Source: Terriglobia bacterium
GTDB lineage: Bacteria > Acidobacteriota > Terriglobia > UBA7540
Length of the DNA stretch: 53,134 bases
Direction: 5' to 3'
Assembly (NCBI GenBank): GCA_050745065.1
Contig: JBOGJT010000038.1
Location: forward strand, 1 to 53,134
The position numbers were made by a program, and so were the translations under genes. Of this stretch, positions 37,728-48,500 are shown piece after piece. How positions within the stretch are numbered: the stretch's first letter is position 1; the number at the start of each line of letters is the position of its first letter. A model generated the notes under the pieces. The model was not told where the DNA came from. It did not search any database and saw only the letters and a program-made list of their open reading frames with translations.

Positions 37728-37840
37728 ACCGGTCAGGGCGCTGAGCAACCCCCGCGACGCGTGAAAATGAGGCCGCCGCTACAACACAGGCCGCCGCTAT
37801 AGAATCGGATGCCGCTGAGCCAGGTCGTCACAGATGGATA

Positions 37841-37872
37841 AAAAGGGGCGACCCTTCCTGGTCGCCCCTTTT
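37841..37872 (+). terminator. Intrinsic terminator-like hairpin after TonB receptor
   Basis: AAAAGGGGCGACC-cttcct-GGTCGCCCCTTTT, a perfect 13-bp stem. Confidence 0.75.
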
Positions 37873-37890
37873 AGGGTTTATGCTGATGCA

Positions 37891-39216
37891 ATGCTGCGAT
37901 TGAAACGCCCGGCGCTCGCCGCCGTGGCTCTCTTCTTTTTTGGGACTGGGGTTGCCGCGGTACCTCATGCGCGGGGCGGAACAAGCACCCCGTCCTCCCC
38001 ACAAAAAACAGGAGCAGCGTCCGCAAATCAAGCCAATTCCGCGTCAACCGCGAGCCAGCACATCCTGATTCGAGCCATTCAACTTCATCAAGCGGGGGAT
38101 TTTGGCGAAGCCATTCGCGAGTACAAGAAGTATCTCGCCCTTGACCCGGGAAACTTTGTGGCGCGCGCCAATCTGGGGGCGGCGCTTGCCCACGAGGGCG
38201 AGTACGTGGAGGCCATCAAGGAGTACGAAAAGGCTCTCAGTATCCAGCCCGGCAATCCCGAAGTAAAGTTAAACCTCGCGCTCGCGCACTACAAAGCCAT
38301 GCAGCTCGGCGAGGCTGTGGGTGAGCTCTTGCCGCTTCACACCGCTCAACCCGGAAACCTGAAGATCGGTCTTTTGCTGGGCGATTGCTACTTTCGCCTG
38401 GGAGAGTATAAGAAGGCTGCGAGACTCCTTCAGCCGCTCGAAGCCGCGTACCCGCACCAACAGGCGCTGGATTACCTTCTGGGCCTGTCGCTCATTCGCG
38501 ACGGACAGATCGCACAGGGAGAAGTGCTGGTGAACAAAATTCTGAGCCATGGGGACTCGCCCGAGGCTCATCTGATGCTCGGAGAGGCGCGCCTGGCGGT
38601 TAATGATACGCCGGGAGCGATCGACGAACTATCGAAAGCGCTGAAACTCGACCCAAAGATTCCCTTGGTCCATTGGCTTTACGGCAAAGCTCTTCTCGAG
38701 TCCGGCCAGCGCCCCGAGGCCATGCAAGCCTTTCGCCAGGAGCTGGCGATCGATCCGAATGAATACGGTCCAAACGTCTATCTAGGGGCTTTGTTGAACG
38801 AGGGGCAAAAATACAACGACGCCCTGCTTTATCTTGCTCGAGCGCTCGAGGTGCGGCCCGGCGCCCCGCAAGTTAAGTATCAGATCGCCGTTGCCCAAAT
38901 TGGATTGGGAAAGCTCGCGCTCGCCAGGAAGACTCTCACGGCCCTGGCTCAGCATAGTCCAAATTTTGTGGAGGCTCACGTCTCGTTGGCGCTGGTCGAT
39001 TACCGGCTGCACCTGAAACAGGACGGAGACCGAGAGAGAGCCATCGTGGCTAAACTGAATGCCGAGATCCAGGCGAAGAAGGAAGCCATGGCCGCAAAGC
39101 CGAGCTATGATGGCACAGCAACCCCGCCCGGCGGTAAAGCGCCGGGGGCATCGCCCGAGGCGGCGAGCCCGAAAAAGCCTGTAGCGCCCCCGCCGGGACC
39201 GCCGGCCGGACTTTAG
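37891..39216 (+). CDS. Exported TPR-repeat protein
   Basis: Signal peptide from MLRLKRP and many TPR units (e.g. ARANLGAAL...EAIKEYEKAL). The ATG at 37834 lies upstream of the hairpin and is less likely. Confidence 0.88.
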   Translation: MLRLKRPALAAVALFFFGTGVAAVPHARGGTSTPSSPQKTGAASANQANSASTASQHILIRAIQLHQAGDFGEAIREYKKYLALDPGNFVARANLGAALAHEGEYVEAIKEYEKALSIQPGNPEVKLNLALAHYKAMQLGEAVGELLPLHTAQPGNLKIGLLLGDCYFRLGEYKKAARLLQPLEAAYPHQQALDYLLGLSLIRDGQIAQGEVLVNKILSHGDSPEAHLMLGEARLAVNDTPGAIDELSKALKLDPKIPLVHWLYGKALLESGQRPEAMQAFRQELAIDPNEYGPNVYLGALLNEGQKYNDALLYLARALEVRPGAPQVKYQIAVAQIGLGKLALARKTLTALAQHSPNFVEAHVSLALVDYRLHLKQDGDRERAIVAKLNAEIQAKKEAMAAKPSYDGTATPPGGKAPGASPEAASPKKPVAPPPGPPAGL

Positions 39217-39335
39217 AGTGTGTGTGAAAACGCCGGGAAAAGCATTGTAGCGGCGGACTCTGGCCGCCGGTGTTAAAAATCCAAAGACCGGCGGCGGGGA
39301 CGCCGCCGCTACAACCGCAGTTGTCACGCAGACTC
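39216..39335. mobile_element. 120-bp MITE-like element enclosing a GTAG REP doublet
   Basis: Imperfect terminal inverted repeats GAGTGTGTGTGAAAAC / GTTGTCACGCAGACTC flanked by a TTTA direct repeat. Internal REPs at 39247-39269 and 39289-39312. Confidence 0.7.
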
Positions 39336-39433
39336 TTTAGCTCATAAAGCGCGCAGGGGCGTCCTGCCTCAAAAATTTCGCGTAGAGAGAGCGGTATGGC
39401 TGAAGAGGCTGCGTGATAACCGCTACATAAGTA

Positions 39434-41173
39434 ATGTGCAGGAGGAAAGTGAATATCCCTTGGGCGTATTCGCGCCGTAGCTTTCTACGAGTGCTTGGAA
39501 TGGCAGGATTAGGAGGCGCGGCGTGGGGCGCCCATTCTCGTCTCGAAGCGCTGCAGGCTGCGGAGACCTCCGCCTTTCCGTTCGAAAAAGTTCCCAGCGC
39601 TAAGAGCGGAATCAAGTGGACCCATCGTAACGGGCACTCGGCGGAATATTACGAGCCGGAGACCACCGGCGCGGGATGCGCGTTCATCGATTACGACAAC
39701 GACGGGTGGCTGGATATTTATTTCGTCAACGGCGGCAAATGCGACTTCTTCGACCCCACCCCCCCGCTGCGAAACGCCCTATATCATAACAACCGTGACG
39801 GAACGTTTACTGATGTCACCGTGAAAGCCGGCGTTGGTGCGGGCGGATACGGCCAAGGCGCGGCCGTGGGAGATTATGACGGCGACGGCTGGCCAGATAT
39901 TTATCTCACCCAGTACGGCCGCAGCGTTCTCTATCATAACAACCACGACGGCACGTTCACCGACGTCACGGAGAGGGCGGGGGTGGCTGCGCCGGGGTGG
40001 TCGTCAAGCGCGGTATGGTTCGATTACGACAACGACGGGAGGTTAGACCTGTTCGTCTGCCGGTTTGTTGATTACAGCAAAGAAAAGAACAAAATCTGCG
40101 GTAATCGTGAGATCGGCGTGCGGTACTGCATTCCGAGCGTGTACGCGCCGATGCCGAGCTGGCTCTTCCACAACAACGGCGACGGAACGTTTACGGATGT
40201 CAGAAAGCAATCGGGCATTGGCACGCTGCCGGGAAAGGCCTGGGGCGCGGTGGCGACGGACATCAACAACGACGGCCGAATGGACCTTTTCGTGGCGAAC
40301 GACACAGTGGCCAACTTCCTGTTCGCCAACCGCGGCCAAGGCAAGTTTGAGGAAATTGGACTTCAGGCGAGCGTGGCTTATAGCCCGGATGGCGTGGCCC
40401 GCTCCGGCATGGGCGTCGATTCCGCCGACTATGACCAGGACGGCTGGATGGATCTTTTTGTGGACAACGTTGACCACGAAATGTATTCCTTGTACCACAA
40501 CCATCACGATGAAACGTTCAACGACGTGGCGATTGCGAATGGGATTGGCATGTCAACCTATATGATGAGCGGCTGGGGCGTGAAATTTTTCGATTACAAC
40601 AACGACGGGAATATTGACCTCTTCATCGCCAATGGCCATCCCGACGACAAGATCGGAGAGCAGTATAGCGCGGTGACGTACCGCGAGCCGCTACTCCTGT
40701 TCCGCAACACGGGGGGCAGCTTCCAGCACGCGTTCCAGAATGTGAGCACGCGGGGCGGACCGCTTTTCTCCGAGCGTTTTGCGGCGCGGGGGGTGGCCAT
40801 CGGCGATTTCAATAACGATGGCGCCGTGGACGTGCTGGTCGCCGTGAATAACGGCATTCCGCTGCTCCTGCAAAATAACGGCGCCCGCGGAAATCACTGG
40901 TTGGGGCTGCGATTGGTGGGCAAGAAGTGCAATCGCGACGCGGTGGGCGCACGCGTCACGTGGCAGTCCGGCGATTTCAAGAGGAGTGTGATGAAGGTGG
41001 GCGGAGGCAGCTACCTATCCTCGCACGATCCCCGCGTGGTGCTCGGAGTTGGAGCGCGAACCCAACTTGACTGGGTTGAAATCAAATGGCCGCAGCCGAG
41101 CGGCCTGGTGCAACGCCTGTCGAATCCACCCATCGATCGGTACATCACTGTGGTTGAGGGTGAGAAGCCGTGA
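39434..41173 (+). CDS. CRTAC1-family protein (FG-GAP/VCBS repeats plus ASPIC/UnbV domain)
   Basis: Repeated DYDNDGWLDI and NNxDGTFTDVT, C-terminal GGGSYLSSHDPRVVLGVG, Tat-like SRRSFLR. Start is 39434 or GTG 39449. Confidence 0.92.
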   Translation: MCRRKVNIPWAYSRRSFLRVLGMAGLGGAAWGAHSRLEALQAAETSAFPFEKVPSAKSGIKWTHRNGHSAEYYEPETTGAGCAFIDYDNDGWLDIYFVNGGKCDFFDPTPPLRNALYHNNRDGTFTDVTVKAGVGAGGYGQGAAVGDYDGDGWPDIYLTQYGRSVLYHNNHDGTFTDVTERAGVAAPGWSSSAVWFDYDNDGRLDLFVCRFVDYSKEKNKICGNREIGVRYCIPSVYAPMPSWLFHNNGDGTFTDVRKQSGIGTLPGKAWGAVATDINNDGRMDLFVANDTVANFLFANRGQGKFEEIGLQASVAYSPDGVARSGMGVDSADYDQDGWMDLFVDNVDHEMYSLYHNHHDETFNDVAIANGIGMSTYMMSGWGVKFFDYNNDGNIDLFIANGHPDDKIGEQYSAVTYREPLLLFRNTGGSFQHAFQNVSTRGGPLFSERFAARGVAIGDFNNDGAVDVLVAVNNGIPLLLQNNGARGNHWLGLRLVGKKCNRDAVGARVTWQSGDFKRSVMKVGGGSYLSSHDPRVVLGVGARTQLDWVEIKWPQPSGLVQRLSNPPIDRYITVVEGEKP

Positions 41174-41218
41174 GCGGCGCTGTTCGGGTCCGCCCGCGCC
41201 GTACTCACCAACTGTTTC

Positions 41219-43489
41219 TCACCGGCACCGGCTGAACCGCGCCCTGCCGGTGAGAACGCTCCGGTAGATCAAGCTGTCGCGCAGGACTTCTTCCACGTAT
41301 GCGCGCGTGTCGGTGAACGGAATCGTCTCCAGAAACTCGTCCGGATCGTAGACTTTGCTGTTGGCGATCCACTGGCGCACGCGGATATCGCCCGCGTTGT
41401 AGGACGCCAGAGTTTCCGGGAGGTTGCCGTCAAAGGAAGTCAGCAGGCCGCGCAAGTACCGGCAGCTAACGCGAATATTGAAGGCGGGGCTGTAAAGAGC
41501 GCGGGTTACGCGGCGGCGGCGCGCGCGTCCTCGCACGCGGCTGTTGGCCGTGTAGGGTTCCATCTGCATTAAGCCGCGGGCGCGGGTGGATGACGTGGCG
41601 CGAGGATTAAAGGCTGATTCCTGGCGGATCAGACCCATTACCAGGTAAGGGTTCAAGTGGTTGGCCCGCGCGTAGCGGCGCACCAGATTCCAATACGGGT
41701 CGGGATAAAGGAGTCTCCACGCCTCACGCGGCAGCGCGGCAAATGAATACTCGTCGTAATCTGGTACGGCGCGCTTGGCGTCAAAGATGGCGGAAGCCGT
41801 GTCATGGTTTGATCCGCGGAGGCGCGCTGCGGCGAGGTATAGGCGAGGATCCTTAGGATGGTTGGCGATTAAATCCACCAGATACTGCTCGCCGAGCGCG
41901 CGCAGGCTCAGCGCACCGAGCGTTTCGTAGGGGAGCATCAGAGACGCGCGTGGGGCGATGCTTCCGCACGCGCTCAGGGGAGGCTCCGGGCGCTCAGGGA
42001 TGACGATTCCCATCGCCGCCAGTGCGACCGCGCCGGTTGCACTGTTGAATTGCCGCCCGACATGTCGTTCGCGCGCCCTAGGACCTGTCATTCTCTGGCG
42101 GGCTTTCAAGCCGTAATACGTGTTGGTATAGCGGGCCGCCAACAGGCGGTCAATTCCCTGCGCGGTGCGCGGCGAGCTTTGCTGCTGTTCGATGTTCGCG
42201 AGCCAGTAAAGCGCGGCTGGAGCGCGGGAGGAGCGGGGATAGCGCCTCAGAAAACCGGTTAACGCCGTCTTCGCGCCATCCATATTCCCCGCCAGCACGG
42301 CATACCACGCTACGCGCCAGGACGCTTCCACGGCATAGCGGCCGTTCGGGAACGTTTGCGACAGGGGCAAGTAATAGCGAACCGCCGTTTGCCAGAAGCC
42401 TTGGCGGGCAAAGTAGCCTCCGGCGTAGGCCAGCGCGTCTCCGTATGAGGGCGAGTGGGGATACTTCTTATAGATTTCATTCAGCGTCGTGACCATGGCC
42501 GGCTCATCGCCGCCGAGCTCATCGGCGTGGACTTCGAGGGCGAGGCGCCGGGCGTCAAGATCGGGCTCGGCGGGCTCGGCGTGTGCCAGCGCCGTAACGG
42601 CGTCGGAATACCGCCTCATGCGGATGAAACATCGCGCCCGGCCAATCCTCCATCCGCCCGCGAGCTGGCTTTTGGGGGCGCCGAGCAACAGGCTGTCATA
42701 GGCCGAGAGCGATTCCTGGTAAAGGCCCCGGGCAAACAGCTTGCCGGCCCGTGCGGTTTGCGCCGCAAGGGAGGGCTCGTGGTACCGAGGACCCATGCGC
42801 AGACGAAGCCGGTCGAGCGCTGCCGCCGCGGAGCGAGCTTCCGGCTCAGCGGGGAAAGCGTTGTAAATATGCTGATAAGCGCTGGCTGCAGCTTCATCGT
42901 CCGGCAATGCCTCGTCAGCCTTGGCCGCCAATAAGAGCGAGGAAGGATTCCTTTGCGCCGCGGGTTCCGAGTTCAATACCGCCAGCGCACCCTCGGGGTG
43001 GCCCGTTTTGATCAGCAGGCTTGCCAGCAGGTTTACGGCTCGAAGCCGATAGATGCTCCGGGGATGCCGTTCGGGAAAACCCGTGAGGACCGTAATGCCG
43101 GCTGCGGCGTGATTGATTTGCGCGTCGGCCGAGGCCTGGTAATATTCCGCAAAATCTTCGAGCGGGCACGCGGCGCGAGCAGCGCGCTTCAGGTCGTCCG
43201 CAGCGAGACCATTTTCCGCCGCCATGTATTCGCGGTAACCCAGTGTGAAATAGGCCAGGCAGCCCGACTCCGTATTTCGCGTCGATGCCGCATACCGGCG
43301 TAGCGCCCTCCATCCGCGGCGCGCCTTTGCGCGGACAGCCAGGCTTCGCAGGCGCGGGCTCACCTTCGCGAGGGTCATCGCGTCGGGTGAGACACCGGAA
43401 GCAGAGTGGCTCACGGGTCCCGCCACGGCGGCGGCTGAAATCAGCAGGAGAAAGAGCGCGGTTCGTGGCATCGGGGCGGCGAATTTCAA
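41219..43489 (-). CDS. Soluble lytic transglycosylase (Slt70-like) with TPR-like helical region
   Basis: LIRQESAFNP, ARGLMQM, ASYNAG, ETIPFTDTRAYV. Confidence 0.9.
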   Translation of the reverse strand: MKFAAPMPRTALFLLLISAAAVAGPVSHSASGVSPDAMTLAKVSPRLRSLAVRAKARRGWRALRRYAASTRNTESGCLAYFTLGYREYMAAENGLAADDLKRAARAACPLEDFAEYYQASADAQINHAAAGITVLTGFPERHPRSIYRLRAVNLLASLLIKTGHPEGALAVLNSEPAAQRNPSSLLLAAKADEALPDDEAAASAYQHIYNAFPAEPEARSAAAALDRLRLRMGPRYHEPSLAAQTARAGKLFARGLYQESLSAYDSLLLGAPKSQLAGGWRIGRARCFIRMRRYSDAVTALAHAEPAEPDLDARRLALEVHADELGGDEPAMVTTLNEIYKKYPHSPSYGDALAYAGGYFARQGFWQTAVRYYLPLSQTFPNGRYAVEASWRVAWYAVLAGNMDGAKTALTGFLRRYPRSSRAPAALYWLANIEQQQSSPRTAQGIDRLLAARYTNTYYGLKARQRMTGPRARERHVGRQFNSATGAVALAAMGIVIPERPEPPLSACGSIAPRASLMLPYETLGALSLRALGEQYLVDLIANHPKDPRLYLAAARLRGSNHDTASAIFDAKRAVPDYDEYSFAALPREAWRLLYPDPYWNLVRRYARANHLNPYLVMGLIRQESAFNPRATSSTRARGLMQMEPYTANSRVRGRARRRRVTRALYSPAFNIRVSCRYLRGLLTSFDGNLPETLASYNAGDIRVRQWIANSKVYDPDEFLETIPFTDTRAYVEEVLRDSLIYRSVLTGRARFSRCR

Positions 43490-44049
43490 AGGCCGGCGCC
43501 GCCTGGTCCGAGAAGGGACGCGTCGTTTTGGGCCAGAGAGCGCACCAGCTCTTCATGAAAATAATCCGCTCCGCCGGGCGCCGTCTTTCCGAAGCGATTC
43601 TCATATGCTCTGCGGCTGCGCTGAATATGCGGCTTGAGGCGCGCGTAAAGGTCCTTGTTGGCGCGGCCCTGAGCTACCTCTGACTGGTTGTAAAGCTCTA
43701 TCTCGGAAACCAAGACGCGAGCGAATCGCCGTGCGTCCTCTACAGTCCTCTCGCTGAATTTCTCTTCGGCAGGAGCTTGCGCCAGCGCGTCATCACCGCC
43801 GCGAGAGGTGGTAGATTTTGCTGAGGGATAGCCGGCGATGCCTTCCGTCGCGCGAGGCATGGCCAGTCCGGAAACGCCTTCCGCCTCGTCCGCCGAACCG
43901 TCGCGCTCGGCAGCAAGTGTGTAGTCGAGTTGTTCCCGAAGGGCGCGGACGCTTGCTTCCACCGCCTGCAACCGCCGTTCCAACGCCTGCAAGTTTGGCC
44001 GAGGCTTGGCGCCGCGCTCACCTGGCGCGGGCGATTCCTGGTAGCCCAT
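43486..44049 (-). CDS. Hypothetical protein with coiled coil and C-terminal ARRFARVLVSEIELYN helical domain
   Basis: SD GGAGG before ATG 44049. Stop overlaps the TTG start of the transglycosylase. Confidence 0.72.
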   Translation of the reverse strand: MGYQESPAPGERGAKPRPNLQALERRLQAVEASVRALREQLDYTLAAERDGSADEAEGVSGLAMPRATEGIAGYPSAKSTTSRGGDDALAQAPAEEKFSERTVEDARRFARVLVSEIELYNQSEVAQGRANKDLYARLKPHIQRSRRAYENRFGKTAPGGADYFHEELVRSLAQNDASLLGPGGAGL

Positions 44050-44264
44050 TTCTCCGCCTCCGCATTCAGATATTATCATTATGGTCATCACGCGGCGAAG
44101 GGTGTCAAGTAGCGCGGCGAACAGCTTTTCGTTGACGCGCACGGGAAATGATGGCATCAATGGTTGTTGTTTTATCTGCTGAGAAAGCTGAATGCGCTCG
44201 TGGGCGTGATCGTGACAGCGCGAGCGGCGCGGCCGATTCGTACACACAGATGGCATCCGGAGAC

Positions 44265-45293
44265 ATGATGAGCCGATCAGACCTGCAACTCTACACGCTG
44301 ACCAACCGGTCCGGCGCGCTCGTGGGCATTACAAACTACGGCGCCAGAATCGTTTCCATTCTTGTGCCCGACCGGCACGGAAACGTGGCGGATGTGGTCA
44401 CCGGCTTTGACAATCTCGACGACTATCTCGGCAAGAACCCTTATTTTGGCGCTACGATCGGCCGCTTCGGAAACCGGATTGGGAAAGGGAAGTTCGCGCT
44501 GGCAGGCGTTGAGTACGTGCTTGCCAAAAACAACGGCGCGAACAGCCTTCACGGGGGCGTGGAAGGGTTCGACAAAAGGTTTTGGGCGGCGCAACGGCGT
44601 GATGGCGGCGGTTCCTCGCTGGAACTCACTTACTTCAGTCCGGACGGTGAGGAGAATTATCCTGGCAATCTCTCCGTGAAGGTTGGCTATGCCCTTTCGG
44701 ATGACAATGGCCTCTGCATTGACTACACAGCGGCCACCGACAAGGAGACGGTAGTGAATCTTACCAATCACACGTACTTTAATCTCGCCGGCGCAGGGGG
44801 CAAAAGCATCCTGGGACAAGAACTGACGCTTCACGCCAGCCATTTCACGCCCGTCGACGCCGCGCTGATTCCGACCGGGGAAATCCGCAGCGTCGAAGGG
44901 ACGCCGTTCGACTTCCGCAAGCCCACCGCCATCGGCCTGCGCATTGGGGCGGATGATCCGCAATTGAAATGCGCCGCGGGATACGATCTTAATTTTGTTT
45001 TAGACCGGAAGGGCTCCGGGCTGGATCTCGCGGCGCGGGCGTTTGACCCTGATTCCGGCCGTGTGCTTGAGGTTTTGACCACGCAACCCGGAATTCAGTT
45101 CTACAGCGGCAACTTCCTCGACGGAAGCTTGCGTGGAAAAGGCGGCGCGGTGTACCCGCGCCAATCCGCCTTTTGCCTCGAGACCCAACACTTTCCGGAC
45201 TCGCCCAACCATCCTAATTTTCCGTCAACGGTCCTTAAGCCCGGCCAGGAATACCGGCAGATGGCGATGTTCAGATTCTCGACGGCCGGGTAG
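44265..45293 (+). CDS. galM: Aldose 1-epimerase (galactose mutarotase)
   Basis: YFGATIGRFGNRI, NSLHGG, NLTNHTYFNL, FCLETQHFPDSPN. Confidence 0.95.
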   Translation: MMSRSDLQLYTLTNRSGALVGITNYGARIVSILVPDRHGNVADVVTGFDNLDDYLGKNPYFGATIGRFGNRIGKGKFALAGVEYVLAKNNGANSLHGGVEGFDKRFWAAQRRDGGGSSLELTYFSPDGEENYPGNLSVKVGYALSDDNGLCIDYTAATDKETVVNLTNHTYFNLAGAGGKSILGQELTLHASHFTPVDAALIPTGEIRSVEGTPFDFRKPTAIGLRIGADDPQLKCAAGYDLNFVLDRKGSGLDLAARAFDPDSGRVLEVLTTQPGIQFYSGNFLDGSLRGKGGAVYPRQSAFCLETQHFPDSPNHPNFPSTVLKPGQEYRQMAMFRFSTAG

Positions 45294-45406
45294 TCCGTCG
45301 TAGGTCACAGGCAAAACTCTGCGGCTCCGGTCTACGCACGACATCCGCGCCTGATCGCCGTTTGCACAACCGCTTCGAAATCCTAAGTACATCCACGAGA
45401 AAGTGG

Positions 45407-45435
45407 TTGACACCCCATACGTGTGAGGATAGATT
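45407..45435 (+). promoter_or_regulatory. Putative sigma70 promoter for GH38 gene
   Basis: TTGACA (45407-45412), 17 bp, TAGATT (45430-45435). Confidence 0.65.
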
Positions 45436-45521
45436 GTGTGGTTAAAAACCCGCGATGAATCCTGGTTCCCTCTGACCCACGAGCAGAATCGTGATGAAGC
45501 ATTCCACGGAGGCAATAAACA

Positions 45522-48500
45522 ATGGTCATGATCAATCGCCGGAAGTTCTTCCAGGTCTCCGCCGCATCTTTTTTAGCGGAGAGCCTGTTTGCCGGGGGCG
45601 AGCCGCTTCCCGGCGGCGCGCAGCGGTACATGCGCGGCCGGCAGGCATTTCAAAATAACCCCTATGAATCAGCGCTTCAGAAGCTCGCGGCGATGGTTGA
45701 GACGGAGATTACGGGCTGGAAGACCCACCCCGATAACATCCCTCATGCAGAGGACCCGGGCCTGGATGATTCCGATTGGGCTGTCGAGCCGCCGCGCGGT
45801 CAATTTCGTCGGGAGGACTTGACCGGCGAAGGCGGAACGTGGTTTCGCAAGCTGATCGAAATGCCAAAGACCATGGGCGGCTACGACATCCAGGGTCTGC
45901 CGGTGAAGCTCAACGCCAGGATATTTTCGCGCACGCGCGGAATGGTGCGCGTGTTTGTCAACGGCGGCATGGTGGAGATGACGGAAGGGAACACTCAGGG
46001 TCCCATCCTGCTGACGGACCAGGCGCAACCCGGCCAGAAGTTCCTGGTGGCGGCGTATTCGCCTGGCCCGGCTGCCATTTTCGGCGGTCTGTTAGTAGAC
46101 TACCCGGTAGACCACTCGAATCCCCAAACGATGATGGAAGAGATTCTCTCTGTTCAGGCGGCGTCAAAGGGCTTCGAGGACGGGCAGGAGCAGCGTGATG
46201 CCCAGCTCAAGGATGCCGTCAGCGCGATTGATTTTTCTTCGCTCGACAAGGGCGACCAGAATTCCTTCAACGCCTCTCTTGCAGCAGCGGACGACAAGAT
46301 GCAGCCCCTGGCCGAGTGGATTAAGCAGTTTACTATCCTCGCGGTGGGCAACTCGCACATCGACCTTGCTTGGCTCTGGCCGTGGGTTGAAACGGTGGAG
46401 GTGGTACGCAATACGTTTGGCACAGTGCTCGAGCTGCAAAATGAATACCCGGGGATGTTTCATTATGCGCAATCCACCGCGCAGGATTTTTTGTGGCTCG
46501 AGCGTTATTATCCGCGGGAGTTCAAGGAAATTCAGAAGCGCGTGCAGAACGGCGCTTGGGAGCTCGTCGGCGGAATGTGGTGCGAGCCGGACCTCAACAT
46601 GCCTTGCGGCGAGTCGCTGGTGCGGCAGCTTCTGACCGGGAAGCGCTATTTTCAGAAGAAGTTCAACGTGGACGTGAAAATCGGGTGGAACCCGGATTCC
46701 TTCGGCTATAGCTGGCAGCTCGCGCAAATTTACAAGCGCTCCGGCGTGGATTATTTCGTGACGCAGAAGATTTCCTGGAACGATACCACGCAGTTCCCTT
46801 ACAAGCTGTTTCAATGGGAATCGCCCGACGGCAGCCGGGTGCTCACCTTCTTTCCGCACGGCTACGGCAATGGGATCAACGCGGCGCAGTGCTCAGGATT
46901 TCTTGCGGATGACGTGAAGCTGTGCTCCGGGTTCAAAGAGCAGATGCTGCTGTTCGGCATGGGCGACCACGGCGGCGGTCCCACGCGGCAAATGCTGGAC
47001 GCGGCCGTGCGCTGGCAGAAGTCCCCCAAGGCTGCGTTTCCAACTCTGAAGTTCGGCACCGCGCAAGGCTTTTTTGACGATGTCAACAACAACCTCTCCA
47101 CCCTGAATCTTCCGGTGTGGAAGAGCGAGCTTTATCTGCAGTTCCATCGCGGCACCTACACGACGCAGGCGGAATCTAAGCGGCGAATGCGCGAGAGCGA
47201 AGTTCTGATGCTCGAGAGTGAAAAGTTCTGCTCGCTCGCCATGCTGCACGGACGGGAATATCCGCAGCCCAAGTTTGAGGATTGCTGGCGACGGGTGTGT
47301 TTTGACCAGTTTCACGACATGATGGCCGGGTCTGGCCTCCACGTGAATTACGAAGACGAGGCGGAGAACCTGGAATTCGTGAAAGAGACGGCCCATCCGC
47401 AGTTGACAGGTTCGCTCGACACGCTGACCGCACGCATTGACACCCGCGGACCGGGCGTGCCGGTGGCCGTCTTCAACCCCCTGAGCTGGGAGCGTAACGA
47501 CGTGAAGGAAGTGGAAGTGCAGTTTCCCGGCAGAGTGGCCAAGGTGGAGGTGCGCGACCCGGAAGGGCATGTGATGCCGTCGGCGGAAATTTCCCGCGAT
47601 GAATCGACCGCAACGGTGAAGCTCCGGTTCCTTGCGCGGTCCGTGCCTGCCATGGGATGCAAGGTTTACCGTGCCGTGCCGGCAGAGCATCCACGCGATG
47701 CCGCGTCAACGCTGAAGGTGGACGGCACGACAATGGAGAACGAGTTCCTGCGTGTAGTAGTGGATCCCACCACGGGGTGCGTTACCAGCCTGGTGAATAA
47801 AAAGCTCGGCAAGAACATCCTGAAACCGGGCGCCAACGGAAATCTGCTCGAAACCTTTGTCGACAAGCCGAAACAATTCGACGCCTGGAACATCGGCTGG
47901 CCTTACGAGCAAACGAAGAAGGAGCTGGTGGCAGCGGACGATGTGAAACTCGTGGAGAACACGCCCGTTCGGGCCGTGGTGCGTGTGAAGAAGCATTTCC
48001 AGAACTCCTCGTTCGTTCAGGATATCTGCATGTATCCGGGCATCGCACGCGCCGACGTCCATATGCACGCCGATTGGCATGAGAAACATATCATGCTGAA
48101 GGTGGCATTCCCACTTAACATAGCGCCGGAGAAGGCAACCTATGAAATTCCCTACGGCACCATCGAACGGCCCGCGATTCCAACCGGCCCCGACGGCAAG
48201 AAGGTGCCCTTTACCGAGGCGACCGAGATCGGCAAGAGGCTGCACAAATTCGATCCGCTCCTGGCGCAAGAGGCGGAGTTTGAAGTCTGCGCGCAGCAAT
48301 GGGGCGACCTTTCGCAAGATGGGCGCGGCCTCAGCGTGCTGAACGCCTGCAAATTTGGTTATGATACCGTGGAACCCGGTACCATCCGGCTTACGCTGCT
48401 ACGTTCGCCGACGTCGCCGGATCCGATTGCCGACCAGGGACCGCACGACTTTACCTACGCCATGTATCCCCATGCCGGGAGCTGGAGGGAGGCAGGGACG

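Noticed and set aside
23916..39312. Repeated 24-bp palindromes as a CRISPR array
   Set aside because: The copies are dispersed and inverted rather than regularly spaced direct repeats, and there are no cas genes.
45302..45367. Possible c-di-GMP-I riboswitch (GGCAAA...CCGGTCTAC) before GH38
   Set aside because: There is no GNRA-capped P2 stem or GACGCAAA element, and the stretch lies upstream of the predicted promoter.
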